Of a stretch of 64,000 nucleotides of DNA, positions 1-10,472 are shown piece after piece. Positions within the stretch are counted from its first letter, which is position 1. Every line of letters begins with the position of its first letter. Source of the DNA: Bacilli bacterium (GTDB lineage: Bacteria; Bacillota_I; Bacilli_A; RF39; UBA660); assembly GCA_045627525.1 (NCBI GenBank), contig JAZQNW010000001.1, positions 186,395 through 250,394 on the forward strand, given 5' to 3'. The notes under the pieces were generated by a model, which did not search any database, was not told where the DNA came from, and saw only the letters and a list, made by a program, of their open reading frames with translations. A program made the position numbers and the translations under genes.

Positions 1-590
1 TAAAAATTCTAATTGCTGAAATTGATTTTAAACAATATGAAGAAAATACAAATAATGAAATAGAAACTATTAAATCTGAATTAAAAAATAGAATCTATAA
101 AAAAGAACATAATATATTAAAAATGAATGATAAAAAATATGAACAAAGTAATAACAAAGATAATGAAGAAATAAAACGTCTAGAAAAACAATTAAAAAAA
201 ATAAAAGAATATCGTAAACAATATAATGATAAAGAAGTTCTTGGTGGAATACTATTCCTAATATATGGAAATGAAGTATTATCATTATATGGTGGTAGTG
301 ATGCTAAACTAATGCAATTTCAATCTGCTTATACTGTTCACTTTGAAGGAATTAAATATGCAATAGAAAATAACTATGACCGTTATAATTTTTATGGAAT
401 AACCGGTGATTTTAGAAAAGAAAACCCATTATATGGACTATATCTATTTAAAAAAAGTTTTGGTGGACATGTTGTAGAACTAATTGGTGAATTTGATTTG
501 ATTATCTCACCATTTTGGTATCATACTTACAATTTAGCTTTTAAAACTTATCATAGCCTAAAAAGTATAAAAAACAAACTAAAAAAATAA
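1..590 (+). CDS. FemAB-family peptidoglycan interpeptide-bridge aminoacyltransferase, C-terminal part (gene starts upstream of window)
   Basis: Frame open from nt 3 with no stop before the ORF-track Met; C-terminal motifs YGGSDA, NFYGITGDF, NPLYGLYLFKKSFGG typical of FemA/FemX family; K/E-rich coiled-coil segment as in FemAB inserts. Confidence 0.6.
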   Translation, partial: KILIAEIDFKQYEENTNNEIETIKSELKNRIYKKEHNILKMNDKKYEQSNNKDNEEIKRLEKQLKKIKEYRKQYNDKEVLGGILFLIYGNEVLSLYGGSDAKLMQFQSAYTVHFEGIKYAIENNYDRYNFYGITGDFRKENPLYGLYLFKKSFGGHVVELIGEFDLIISPFWYHTYNLAFKTYHSLKSIKNKLKK

Positions 591-601
591 AGTAATCAAA
601 A

Positions 602-2242
602 TTACTTTATTTTTTTTATTATCTTATCAAATTTACTACCAAATATTTCTTTTATTAAACCTGATTTATAGGAATAAATAAAATATGTTAATGCTCCAAC
701 TAATGTGTAAATTAATATTATAAATATATTATTTAATCTAGTAAGAGAATAAATAGGTATAATAAATTTTAAAACATACAGCATAATTAACATTATAACA
801 GAACCACATACTATATCAATTAAATTAGTAAATAATGATTCATAATTAATCTTATATTTTATTTTTAACACTAATAAACAAATTACAGCAGAAACAAAAT
901 AACTTATTATACTGGCAGTAATAACTCCATAATATGCAGGAAGTCCCATGTTACAAAAAGCTATAATTAAATTATCATTAAGTATAAATTTCAATATAAC
1001 ACCAGTAACTAAACTAATAAATACTGTCTTATAATCTTTTAACACCTGTACAATTGACACTAAAGATACAAATAATCCCGTAATCAAACCAACATAAATA
1101 TATAATGTTAAAACACTTGGACCATATAAACTTTGTCCATAAAATAACATCCATACAGATTTTGACAAAAAACTTATTCCAATTGTCATAGGTATTGTTA
1201 AAAATAATAACACGTTCAAAGCTTGATTAATTTTACTATTAACTTCTTTATTGTCTTTTTTTACAAATGATTGTGTCAAATTAGGAATCAAACTAACAAC
1301 AATTCCTGTGGAAATAGCAGTAATAATCATATTAAACTTTGATGCCCAAGTTGACAGCATACTCATAACTGTTTCTGCATCATTTACAGTAAACCCAGCT
1401 AAGTTTACTAATCCCTTTACAACTGTTGTCATGTCAATATAACTATATAATGACTTAAATAAGTCTATCATTATAAAAGGCACTGCATAAATGACTATTT
1501 TTTTAAATATTTCCTTATCAGTAATTATAGGTTCATCAACTTGCAATATTTTTTCATTAAATTTTTTCTTATTTTTTTTGCTCTTATAAAATAAATAGAA
1601 ATATCCTCCTAATGCTCCAAGTGTAGCACCAAAAACCGCTACTCCAACAGCTGAAGTTAATGATAAATTAAACACTTTAAAAGTTAGATAACTACCAAAA
1701 ATAATGACTGTTACTCTTATCAACTGCTCAATAACCTGTGATATTGATGGTGGGCTCATAAAACGATGCCCTTCAAAATAGCCCCTATAAATACTTAAAA
1801 CTGGAACAACTAATATTGCTGTAGATATAATTCTAATAACAAATGTTACATCATCTATCGTATTTCCACCTTGTAAATCTCCTAAAACACTACGAGCAAT
1901 AACCGGAGCAAATAACGTCAAAATAAGAAAAGAAACAAATCCTAATAATAAAGCTATTTTTTTTCCTATAATAAAAGCTCTCTTTTTAGCACTATAATAT
2001 CCTAAAGTTTGATACTCGGAAACAATTTTGCTAATAGCTAAAGGTATACCAGCAGATGATAAAGACATAAACAATAAGTATATTGTATATGCATATCCAT
2101 ACAATGCACCACCTGATTCTCCAATTATGCCATGAAAAGGAATAACATACAAAATTCCCAATATTTTTGTAATCACAATTCCAAGTGTAGCTATAAATGC
2201 ACCTTTAACAAAACTAGTTTTTCTCATTGTTTTATCTTTCAT
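602..2242 (-). CDS. MOP-superfamily polysaccharide/lipid-II flippase (MurJ/SpoVB-like), polytopic membrane protein
   Basis: 546 aa, ~14 predicted hydrophobic helices, overall architecture and length of MurJ/SpoVB/Wzx type exporters. Confidence 0.55.
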   Translation of the reverse strand: MKDKTMRKTSFVKGAFIATLGIVITKILGILYVIPFHGIIGESGGALYGYAYTIYLLFMSLSSAGIPLAISKIVSEYQTLGYYSAKKRAFIIGKKIALLLGFVSFLILTLFAPVIARSVLGDLQGGNTIDDVTFVIRIISTAILVVPVLSIYRGYFEGHRFMSPPSISQVIEQLIRVTVIIFGSYLTFKVFNLSLTSAVGVAVFGATLGALGGYFYLFYKSKKNKKKFNEKILQVDEPIITDKEIFKKIVIYAVPFIMIDLFKSLYSYIDMTTVVKGLVNLAGFTVNDAETVMSMLSTWASKFNMIITAISTGIVVSLIPNLTQSFVKKDNKEVNSKINQALNVLLFLTIPMTIGISFLSKSVWMLFYGQSLYGPSVLTLYIYVGLITGLFVSLVSIVQVLKDYKTVFISLVTGVILKFILNDNLIIAFCNMGLPAYYGVITASIISYFVSAVICLLVLKIKYKINYESLFTNLIDIVCGSVIMLIMLYVLKFIIPIYSLTRLNNIFIILIYTLVGALTYFIYSYKSGLIKEIFGSKFDKIIKKIK

Positions 2243-2285
2243 ATTTCTACCTCATAATAATTTTAACATAAATATCAATAAAAAT

Positions 2286-2459
2286 CTATGTCGTATATAT
2301 TACCATAGCTGAGAAACAAAACACTTGCTCTTCACTATACACACTTACACTTACTTGATATTTTATATCTATAACTTCACCATTTAATTCAGAAATAAAA
2401 TCATTTACTTCATCTTCTAAATCTTCTTCATGTTCAAAATCAAATATTTTTATTTTCAT
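2286..2459 (-). CDS. small Cse60-like protein (YteV family)
   Basis: Internal Met MKIKIFDFEHEEDLEDEVNDF...VIDIKYQVS resembles Cse60/YteV small proteins; ORF-track start probably over-extended. Confidence 0.35.
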   Translation of the reverse strand: MKIKIFDFEHEEDLEDEVNDFISELNGEVIDIKYQVSVSVYSEEQVFCFSAMVIYTT

Positions 2460-2528
2460 CTTATCACCAAACATATTATAAAATATCATCTATAAATAAT
2501 TTGTCAAAAAAATAGGAAATAATTTTTC

Positions 2529-4922
2529 CTATTTTACAACAATATTAACAATTTTTCCTTTAATGACAATTACCTTTACTATTTCTTTTCCATCAATATG
2601 TTTTAATACATTTTCAGCTTTCATTGCCTTTTCTTTAATTTCATCTTCACTATCATCGATTCCAATAATAATAGTAGCTCTTACTTTTCCATTTACTTGA
2701 ACGGCTATTTCTTTAGTTGATTCTATTGTTTTTGCCTCATCATATTCAGGCCATTTATCATTACAAATAGGATCATATCCAATTTCCTCATTCAATTCCT
2801 CAGTAATATGAGGAGCTATTGGATTTAAAAGAATTAACAACAAACGATAGTCTTCTTTAGTAATTTCCTCTAAATCATCATAATTATTAGTAAGAATCAT
2901 TAATGTTGAAATTACAGTATTATATGACATTGTCAATAAATCGTTAGTAACCTTTTTAATACTTTTGTGTTGAAGCGATTCCAATGATTTAGTATATCCT
3001 TCTTTATCACCAATTTTATCTTTAAGTCTAATAATTTTATCAATAAAACGTTTACATCCACGTAATGAATCAGTACTCCAAGGAGCATCTTGTTGATAAT
3101 CCCCCATGAACATTTCATAAACTCTTAAAGTATCCGCACCATATTCTTTAACAATATCATCAGGGTTAATAACATTACCTTTAGATTTACTCATCTTTTC
3201 ATTATTAGAACCCAAAACCATACCATGACTAACTCGAGTCCAAATCATCTCTTTCTTAGGAACTAATCCTACATTATATAAAAATTGTACCCAGAATCTG
3301 GCATAAAGTAAATGCCTTGCTGTATGTTCCATTCCACCATTATACCAGTCTACTCTATTCCAATATTTCATAGCATCCATACTAGCAAATTCTTTTGTAT
3401 TATGTGGATCCATAAACCTTAAAAAATACCAAGATGAACCTGCCCAGTTAGGCATTGTATCAGTTTCCCTTTTAGCTTTTCCACCACAACAAGGACAAGT
3501 AGTATTTACCCACTCTTCAATGTTTGCTAATGGACTTTCACCATCTTCTGTCGGTTCATATTCAACTACATCAGGCAAAACTAATGGCAAATCTTCTTCC
3601 TTCATAGGTTGCCATCCACATTTTTCACAATAAATCATAGGTATTGGTTCTCCCCAGAATCTTTGACGAGAAAAAATCCAATCACGCATCTTATAATTTA
3701 CTTGTTTTTCTCCACACTTATTTTTTTCTAACCACTTCAATATTTCTGAAATAGCATCTTCTTTATTTAAACCATTCAAGAATTCGGAATTTATATGAAT
3801 TCCATCATCTGTAAAAGCTTCTTTAGAAATATCTCCACCTTCCAAAACTGGAACAATCGAAATGCCAAATTTCTTAGCAAACTCATAGTCACGTTGATCA
3901 TGTGCTGGAACAGCCATAATAGCACCTGTACCATATGTTGCTAAAACATAATCACTTATATAAATAGGTATCTTTTCATTATTTACTGGATTAATAGCAT
4001 AAGATCCCAAGAATACACCTGTTTTTTCTTTGTTCAATTCAGTACGTTCCATAGCACTTTTCAAAGCACAGGCTTTCTTATATTCTGAAACTTCTTTTTT
4101 CTTATCTTCAGAAGTAATTTCATCAACATACTTATGTTCTGGAGATAATACACAATAAGTAACCCCAAACAATGTATCTGGCCGTGTTGTAAATACACTA
4201 AATTCCTTATCATATCCATCAATTTTAAAATTAACCTTAGCACCAGTTGATTTACCAATCCAATTAATTTGGCCTAATTTTACTCTTTCTGCAAAATCTG
4301 TATCAGCTAATCCAGTTAATAAATCTTCTGAATAATCACTCATTCTTAACATCCATTGAGATTTTTCTTTTTGCACAACTGCACTGCCACATCTTTCACA
4401 AACTCCACCAGCAGCATCTTCATTTGATAAAACACTTTTACATGTAGGACACCAATTTACAGGAATAGTATCCTTATAAGCCATACCATGTTTATAAAAT
4501 TGTAAGAATTGCCATTGAGTCCATTTATAGTAATCAGGATCAGTTGTAGAAAATTCTCTATCCCAATCAAATGAAAAACCAAGAGATTTCATTTGTTTTT
4601 TAAATGTAATTATATTTTCCTTGACAGCATCTTTTGGATGAATGTGATTTTTTATAGCATACTGTTCTGCTGGAGCACCAAATGCATCAAATCCCATAGG
4701 ATATAAAACATTATATCCTTGCATTCTTTTCATTCTAGCTATAGCATCTTGTGCAGTATAACTTCTAACATGTCCAACATGTAAACCAGCACCAGAAGGA
4801 TATGGGAATTCTACTAAAATATAATAAGGGTTTCTTTCTTTATCACCTGTTACAGCTTTAAAAACATTATTATCTTCCCAATATTTTTGCCATTTCTTTT
4901 CTATATTTGTAAAATTATTCAT
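2529..4922 (-). CDS. leuS: leucyl-tRNA synthetase
   Basis: Class I HIGH motif (PYPSGAGLHVGH), KMSKS motif, CP1 editing domain, length 797 aa. Confidence 0.95.
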   Translation of the reverse strand: MNNFTNIEKKWQKYWEDNNVFKAVTGDKERNPYYILVEFPYPSGAGLHVGHVRSYTAQDAIARMKRMQGYNVLYPMGFDAFGAPAEQYAIKNHIHPKDAVKENIITFKKQMKSLGFSFDWDREFSTTDPDYYKWTQWQFLQFYKHGMAYKDTIPVNWCPTCKSVLSNEDAAGGVCERCGSAVVQKEKSQWMLRMSDYSEDLLTGLADTDFAERVKLGQINWIGKSTGAKVNFKIDGYDKEFSVFTTRPDTLFGVTYCVLSPEHKYVDEITSEDKKKEVSEYKKACALKSAMERTELNKEKTGVFLGSYAINPVNNEKIPIYISDYVLATYGTGAIMAVPAHDQRDYEFAKKFGISIVPVLEGGDISKEAFTDDGIHINSEFLNGLNKEDAISEILKWLEKNKCGEKQVNYKMRDWIFSRQRFWGEPIPMIYCEKCGWQPMKEEDLPLVLPDVVEYEPTEDGESPLANIEEWVNTTCPCCGGKAKRETDTMPNWAGSSWYFLRFMDPHNTKEFASMDAMKYWNRVDWYNGGMEHTARHLLYARFWVQFLYNVGLVPKKEMIWTRVSHGMVLGSNNEKMSKSKGNVINPDDIVKEYGADTLRVYEMFMGDYQQDAPWSTDSLRGCKRFIDKIIRLKDKIGDKEGYTKSLESLQHKSIKKVTNDLLTMSYNTVISTLMILTNNYDDLEEITKEDYRLLLILLNPIAPHITEELNEEIGYDPICNDKWPEYDEAKTIESTKEIAVQVNGKVRATIIIGIDDSEDEIKEKAMKAENVLKHIDGKEIVKVIVIKGKIVNIVVK

Positions 4923-5289
4923 CTTTAATCATTCCTTTCTTTCTATAATATTTTTCAACAAAATGATAACTAATAAGTATTACAGGTATTACCAATATTA
5001 AAGTTATTAATAATTGTATTAAATATTTATCACTAATACTTGCTATTGAAACTATTAAAGCCATATCAAATGAAGATACCAAAGATATAACGTTCAATAA
5101 ACTATCATAATCTACTTTTTTTAGATCAAGTCCTTTAGTAATAAGATATCTAATTTCTATAGGTTCCTTTTTTTCTTTTTTTCTTTTTTTCTTTTCTTTT
5201 TTATAATTTTTTAATGGCTTTATAATAAATATTCTATAAATAATAAATATTAATAAAAAGCAAAGTAAAAATAATATAATTTCTTCCAT
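4915..5289 (-). CDS. small membrane protein with poly-Lys linker, between T-box terminator and leuS (start reassigned to internal MEEIILF Met with GGAGG RBS)
   Basis: 124-codon open frame in AT-rich DNA, GGAGG 6 nt upstream of ATG at 5289, N- and C-terminal hydrophobic segments, KKEKKKRKKEKKE linker, 8-nt overlap with leuS start. Confidence 0.4.
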   Translation of the reverse strand: MEEIILFLLCFLLIFIIYRIFIIKPLKNYKKEKKKRKKEKKEPIEIRYLITKGLDLKKVDYDSLLNVISLVSSFDMALIVSIASISDKYLIQLLITLILVIPVILISYHFVEKYYRKKGMIKDE

Positions 5290-5299
5290 ATAACCTCCA

Positions 5300-5545
5300 A
5301 TAAAAAACGCCCTTATAATTATAAGGACGAAATATCGCGGTACCACCTTACTTCATGAAAATCATGCAGCTTTATAGATATATAGGTCTTACCCTCAAAT
5401 ACTTAAAGTTAATCAAGTTCACAATCCCTATATACTTATTTGCACCAACCATAAGCTCTCTTAGATATAGAAAAATTGCTACTACTACTAACAATATTTC
5501 GAAAAGATACAACTAGTATATAAAATTTTTTTAAATATTTCAAGC
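5300..5545 (-). promoter_or_regulatory. T-box riboswitch leader (Leu) with intrinsic terminator, upstream of small ORF and leuS
   Basis: Minus-strand AAGGUGGUACCGCG T-box motif (5334-5347) overlapping terminator hairpin CGUCCUUAUAA/UUAUAAGGGCG plus U6 (5303-5330); AGAGAGC stem-I start; candidate Leu specifier CUU or UUA. Confidence 0.7.
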
Positions 5546-5551
5546 TTTTTA

Positions 5552-7969
5552 TTATACTTCATTTATATAATCAATAAGTCTTAAAAATAAATTAATATAT
5601 TCTTTTGACAATCCAGATTTTTTTAATTTTCTTATTTCAATTCTTTTCTTACTAGCTGGTAATTCTCCAAACATTATTCCAGCTATTGTTTCTTTCATAT
5701 ATGTTTCTATTGGTAAATCCATTAAAATACTATCAACATCATCATTAATAATTCTAATAGCATCTATTTCAATATCCTTACCCTTACAACTAATAGTTAA
5801 CTGACCTATTGTTGGACAATCTTTAACTTCAACAACAAAATCATTTCCATCAACAGCACTTTTAGCTTCTATTTTATCATTATTGAAGAATACTGTAACG
5901 TCATCTGCTTTCTTAGTATTTCTAAAAACCATTTTATAATTTCTCTTAACAGGAACAATTCCACTTTTTCCTTCAACAGCTCTAATAATAACTGTATAGT
6001 TATTTCTTAAATAATTATAATCAATAGAAGTCTTTAAAAAATATCCTTCTTTATATAATGATGTTACACCATCATCTTCATATAAAGTATATGTATTACT
6101 CACACCAGGAAAAATTTGAATTTCCAAATCTGTAGGTAAACCTGTATTATTATAATCACTACGATTAGATAACGGTATTATTGAACCAGCATGAGCAAAA
6201 ACTGGATAATCCTCTTCTTTAAAGAAGGAAATATATTTCTTATTACCAGGGAATTTTTTACCAGTAATAAAATCATACCATATACCATCTGGAATAAAGA
6301 ATCTATGAACAGTACGTTTCATAATAGAATCCATTTTATCAAGAATAGGACAAACTAATAACTGTGAACCATAATAATACTGATTACGATATAATTCATC
6401 ATCATATACCCACATATAGTTATAGAAAAATGGTTGAATTAATGGTACACCTGACTTCGTATAATTATATGCTTCAGTATATAAATATGGAATCAATCTA
6501 TGTCTAAGTCTTAAATAATCCGCAGCAATATTTTCAGTTTGAGCATCCCATAACCAAGGCTCTCTCTTATAATATGGCCCTCTAGCACCATGGAAACGTA
6601 AAATAGGAGAAAAAACACCAAGTTGTAAATATCTAACATATAACTCGCCATCTTCAATACCACCATGATTTCCGCCAACATCATGACTCCACCAACTAAC
6701 ACCAATATTAGATGCATTTAGATACTGAAATGGTAGAAGTTTTAATTTTTGCCAACTAACTTCACTTGAGCCACCATATAAAACACCATATCTATGAGGA
6801 GCTATACATCCATTTCTAGCTAATAGCATTCCCCTCTTAGCAACATTTCGCTTTGAATCCATATATAAATAATGGTTAGTAGCCCACATATTTATCAAAT
6901 TACTATCTAAATAATCATTCCAAAAGAAATCAACACCATATAACTCTAATGGATGTAAAAACATTTTTAAAACTATATCCAATAATTTAGGATTAAGTGG
7001 ATCAAACTTTATAATTGATGAATCAGTAATGTTTAAATAAGAACTAGCCTGTTTATAAAAGGCTTCATGTGGATATATTCCTTCGGTAGGATTAATACAT
7101 AAACCAACTCGTATACCTCTAACATGGAATAAGTCAATCATTGATTTAGGATCTTTAAATAATTCACCATTAAAAGTAAAACCCGATTTTAAATTAGTAT
7201 TATTTCCAACATTTCTATAATGCCAATCATTATCAAAAAGCATTATAGAAAGAGGTATTCTCTTTCTTTCAAAGTTTCTAATCAAGTCATAAACTGTCTT
7301 ATCATCATATGTAATATTACGACTCCACCAGTTACCTAAAGCATACCTTGGAATTAATGCTGGATAACCAGTAAGCTTAAAATAATCATTTAAAGCTTCT
7401 TTAAAATCCATATCATACATAAATAAATATATATCTATATGATCAGCCGGAGGATCAGCTAAAGTACCATCTTCCAATATTACCTTACTCTTACTATCAT
7501 CAATTGATACAAAACCATCTAATGAATATAATCCCCTTTGATAGTAAGGCGGTGTATTAGTATCAACGCTAATCATATTACCAAGCATATTTCTAGCTTC
7601 AGGATGACCATAATACCAATCCTTATTACGATCTTTATCACGACTACATAAAGTAACCTTTAAATTTTTCATTGGATCCAAATGAGATCCAGTAAAAGGC
7701 TGCTCCTTATTATAAACCAAAGAAAAATATTTTGTACTGATTTGCACCATCTTATCATCCTGAGAAACAGAAAAATCAGCTAGTCCTAAGTCTCTTCTTA
7801 TAGCTAACTGTGTAGGTCTATCAACAAATTGTCTGCTAGGTGAGTATTCTAGTCTAACAAGCCTATCAGTCAAAACACTAATACGATAGTGTTCGCCTTG
7901 AATAAGGACTTTTCTAGCACACTTAGCTTTTTTATAGTCAATTTCAAATTGTTTCCCAAGTGGATACAT
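5552..7969 (-). CDS. glycoside hydrolase family 31 (alpha-glucosidase/alpha-xylosidase-like), cytoplasmic
   Basis: GH31 signatures GVDFFWNDY and SWWSHDVGG, 805 aa, no signal peptide. Confidence 0.8.
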   Translation of the reverse strand: MYPLGKQFEIDYKKAKCARKVLIQGEHYRISVLTDRLVRLEYSPSRQFVDRPTQLAIRRDLGLADFSVSQDDKMVQISTKYFSLVYNKEQPFTGSHLDPMKNLKVTLCSRDKDRNKDWYYGHPEARNMLGNMISVDTNTPPYYQRGLYSLDGFVSIDDSKSKVILEDGTLADPPADHIDIYLFMYDMDFKEALNDYFKLTGYPALIPRYALGNWWSRNITYDDKTVYDLIRNFERKRIPLSIMLFDNDWHYRNVGNNTNLKSGFTFNGELFKDPKSMIDLFHVRGIRVGLCINPTEGIYPHEAFYKQASSYLNITDSSIIKFDPLNPKLLDIVLKMFLHPLELYGVDFFWNDYLDSNLINMWATNHYLYMDSKRNVAKRGMLLARNGCIAPHRYGVLYGGSSEVSWQKLKLLPFQYLNASNIGVSWWSHDVGGNHGGIEDGELYVRYLQLGVFSPILRFHGARGPYYKREPWLWDAQTENIAADYLRLRHRLIPYLYTEAYNYTKSGVPLIQPFFYNYMWVYDDELYRNQYYYGSQLLVCPILDKMDSIMKRTVHRFFIPDGIWYDFITGKKFPGNKKYISFFKEEDYPVFAHAGSIIPLSNRSDYNNTGLPTDLEIQIFPGVSNTYTLYEDDGVTSLYKEGYFLKTSIDYNYLRNNYTVIIRAVEGKSGIVPVKRNYKMVFRNTKKADDVTVFFNNDKIEAKSAVDGNDFVVEVKDCPTIGQLTISCKGKDIEIDAIRIINDDVDSILMDLPIETYMKETIAGIMFGELPASKKRIEIRKLKKSGLSKEYINLFLRLIDYINEV

Positions 7970-8044
7970 ACCAACACCTCTTATTATTCTAGTATCATAA
8001 TATCATACATTAATGAATATTCCAAGTAAAAAAACTAGCGAACT

Positions 8045-9187
8045 TTAAAAATTATCATTTAAAAACTCAACATAATATCTTTCAAAAGTAATATTATTAT
8101 CATGAATATATTTAGCAATCTTTTTTCCAACAAATCTATAATGCCATGGTTCATTTCTAAAACCTGTTATTTTCTCTCCACGTTTTGAAAATCTTAAAAT
8201 AAAACCATATTTATAAGCATTATCTAACATCCATTCATACTCTTTTGAATTAGCAAAAACATTACTATTCTTACTACCAATATCAAAAGCTAAACCTGTT
8301 TGATGTTCAGAAAATCCAGGAAAAGCAACATATTTATCAACATATGAATCCCCATAAAGATTACGATAATAATCACATAATTCAACTTGATCATCATAGC
8401 TACGATATCCAGAATTTATAACAATCTCATAACCATTTTTATTAGCATCTTTTGCCATTTGAACAAAAGCCGTAACTGCTACTCTTGAACCCTTTATCTT
8501 CTCAGAAGTGTATGAAGATGGAACATCGATCAAATCATTAGGAACAAAATTTTTTTCTAATTTATAATGCTTATTTACTAACATATCAGTAGAAAATTTT
8601 TTCACAACTGAAGGATCTTTATAATCATCTTTATTTAAACCTAAATTAACATATAAAACCGTAGTTTCTTCATCTTCACCAGTATCATCAGAAAAATTAA
8701 TATAATCATCATAGTATTTCAATTTAGCATAACTAATACTATAAAATTCCTCTAAATATCTAATTTTTTTTCTTTTAGCAAAGTTAGTAACATCATCATC
8801 ATTACCATGAGCTAATATCATAGAAATATTACTATTACTGTAACCTTTAGAAATTAAAGTATTAATATTCTTTATTAAATGTTTTTGATCATAATAATCT
8901 ATTTTAGAATAACTATCTAAATTTTTTTCTTTATAATCATCACTTTCAAAAGCTGCATTTAAAGTTTTATTTTCGCCTATTTTTAAAACATAATCTTTTT
9001 TAAAACTAAAAAAAATATTTTTACTGGCTTCTCTACTGTATCCATACTTCATAATAGATTTAAGTTGAGCATTATATAATAAAAAAATTGTCAAAACTAT
9101 TCCTAAAATAATGCCAAAAATTTTCAATAATTTTATTACAGGATTTTTTAATTTTAACTTTTTCTTAGTAACTTTCAAAAATATCAC
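8045..9187 (-). CDS. membrane-anchored M15B D-alanyl-D-alanine carboxypeptidase (VanY-like)
   Basis: SEHQTGLAFDIG and EPWHYRFVG zinc-peptidase motifs; N-terminal TM anchor. Confidence 0.75.
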   Translation of the reverse strand: MIFLKVTKKKLKLKNPVIKLLKIFGIILGIVLTIFLLYNAQLKSIMKYGYSREASKNIFFSFKKDYVLKIGENKTLNAAFESDDYKEKNLDSYSKIDYYDQKHLIKNINTLISKGYSNSNISMILAHGNDDDVTNFAKRKKIRYLEEFYSISYAKLKYYDDYINFSDDTGEDEETTVLYVNLGLNKDDYKDPSVVKKFSTDMLVNKHYKLEKNFVPNDLIDVPSSYTSEKIKGSRVAVTAFVQMAKDANKNGYEIVINSGYRSYDDQVELCDYYRNLYGDSYVDKYVAFPGFSEHQTGLAFDIGSKNSNVFANSKEYEWMLDNAYKYGFILRFSKRGEKITGFRNEPWHYRFVGKKIAKYIHDNNITFERYYVEFLNDNF

Positions 9188-9244
9188 CTACTATAATAAT
9201 AAGTATAACATAAAAAACAAATATTTGATATAATCAATTAGTAG

Positions 9245-10198
9245 GTGAAACATATGAATGATTTTAAATATAGTAATACAAACAAAAGATACCATACACT
9301 AGATTATTTTTATAAAAACAAATTTAATGAAAAAGTGTTCAAAGTAAGCCTTGATGCTGGATTTACATGTCCGAATATAGATGGAAAAGTTGGCTATGGT
9401 GGATGTATATACTGTTCTAAATTAGGTAGTGGAGAATTTGCAGGTAATAAAAATGAAGACTTAAAAACTCAATTTATAAAAATTAGAGATATAATGCTTA
9501 AAAAATGGCCTAAAGCCAAATATATCGGTTATTTTCAAGCACACACTAATACATATGCTCCAATAAATATTTTAAAAGAAAAATATGAAACAATTCTAAA
9601 ACTCGATAACGTTGTAGGATTAAATATCGCAACAAGACCTGATGCTATTTCAGATGAATGTCTAAATTATTTAGAAGAATTAAGCAAAAAAACTTATCTT
9701 ACTATCGAATTAGGATTACAAACAACAAATGAAAAAACCGCAAAATTAATAAATAGATGTCATACATTAAAATGCTTTGATGATACTGTAAAAAAATTAA
9801 GAGAAAGAAGTATAAATGTTGTTGTTCATATAATTAACGGGCTTCCATACGAAACAAAAGAAGATATGATCAATACTGTAAAACATTTAAATTCATTAGA
9901 TATACAAGGAATAAAAATACACATGCTAAGTATATTAAAAAATACAGCTATTGAAAAACTATATCAAAAACAAAAATTAAAAGCTTTAACTAAAAATGAA
10001 TATATTGATATAGTCATAAATCAATTAGAATATTTAAGACCTGAAATAGTAATTCACCGTATAACATCAAGTCCCAAAAAAGAAGATTTAATAGAACCAA
10101 ATTGGCTTAACAATAAAAAAAGTATATTAAATGATATTGATAAAGAAATGTTAAAAAGAAAAACATACCAAGGAAAAAAGACAAATGAAAATCATTAA
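9245..10198 (+). CDS. radical SAM protein, TIGR01212 (YtqA/YhcC) family
   Basis: CPNIDGKVGYGGCIYCS cysteine motif characteristic of TIGR01212 family. Confidence 0.8.
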   Translation: MKHMNDFKYSNTNKRYHTLDYFYKNKFNEKVFKVSLDAGFTCPNIDGKVGYGGCIYCSKLGSGEFAGNKNEDLKTQFIKIRDIMLKKWPKAKYIGYFQAHTNTYAPINILKEKYETILKLDNVVGLNIATRPDAISDECLNYLEELSKKTYLTIELGLQTTNEKTAKLINRCHTLKCFDDTVKKLRERSINVVVHIINGLPYETKEDMINTVKHLNSLDIQGIKIHMLSILKNTAIEKLYQKQKLKALTKNEYIDIVINQLEYLRPEIVIHRITSSPKKEDLIEPNWLNNKKSILNDIDKEMLKRKTYQGKKTNENH

Positions 10199-10442
10199 TA
10201 TATATATAATAACTATAAACATAATCAGTTTCATAATATATGGCATAGATAAACAAAAAGCCATAAAACAAAAATGGCGAATAAATGAAAATATATTAAT
10301 AATTCTAGCATTAATTGGTGGTGGTGCTGGATCATTCATAGGAATGTATACTTTTCATCACAAAACAAAAAAAATAAAGTTCTTAATATTAATACCATTA
10401 ATAACTATAATAGAATATTATATATACAAAACTATAATTTAA
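10185..10442 (+). CDS. DUF1294 small membrane protein
   Basis: DKQKAIKQKWRI...ILALIGGGAGSFIGMYTFHHKT matches DUF1294 pattern; overlaps upstream gene end. Confidence 0.65.
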   Translation: MKIINIYIITINIISFIIYGIDKQKAIKQKWRINENILIILALIGGGAGSFIGMYTFHHKTKKIKFLILIPLITIIEYYIYKTII

Positions 10443-10450
10443 ACAAAAAA

Positions 10451-10472
10451 ATAATAGTAAAATTACTATTAT
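10451..10472. terminator. bidirectional intrinsic terminator between convergent genes
   Basis: hairpin ATAATAGTA-aaat-TACTATTAT flanked by A-run and T-run. Confidence 0.45.

Noticed and set aside
70-285. Minus-strand 71-aa ORF at window start, and similar shadow ORFs 1251-1442, 2933-3118, 4061-4258, 6511-6717, 10151-10339, 16570-16791, 17517-17711, 22316-22522, 29845-30036, 30142-30333, 35207-35401, 40254-40466, 49214-49444, 49835-50035, 50656-50862
   Set aside because: Each sits antisense/out of frame inside a well-supported gene with recognisable homology; hydrophobic low-complexity translations
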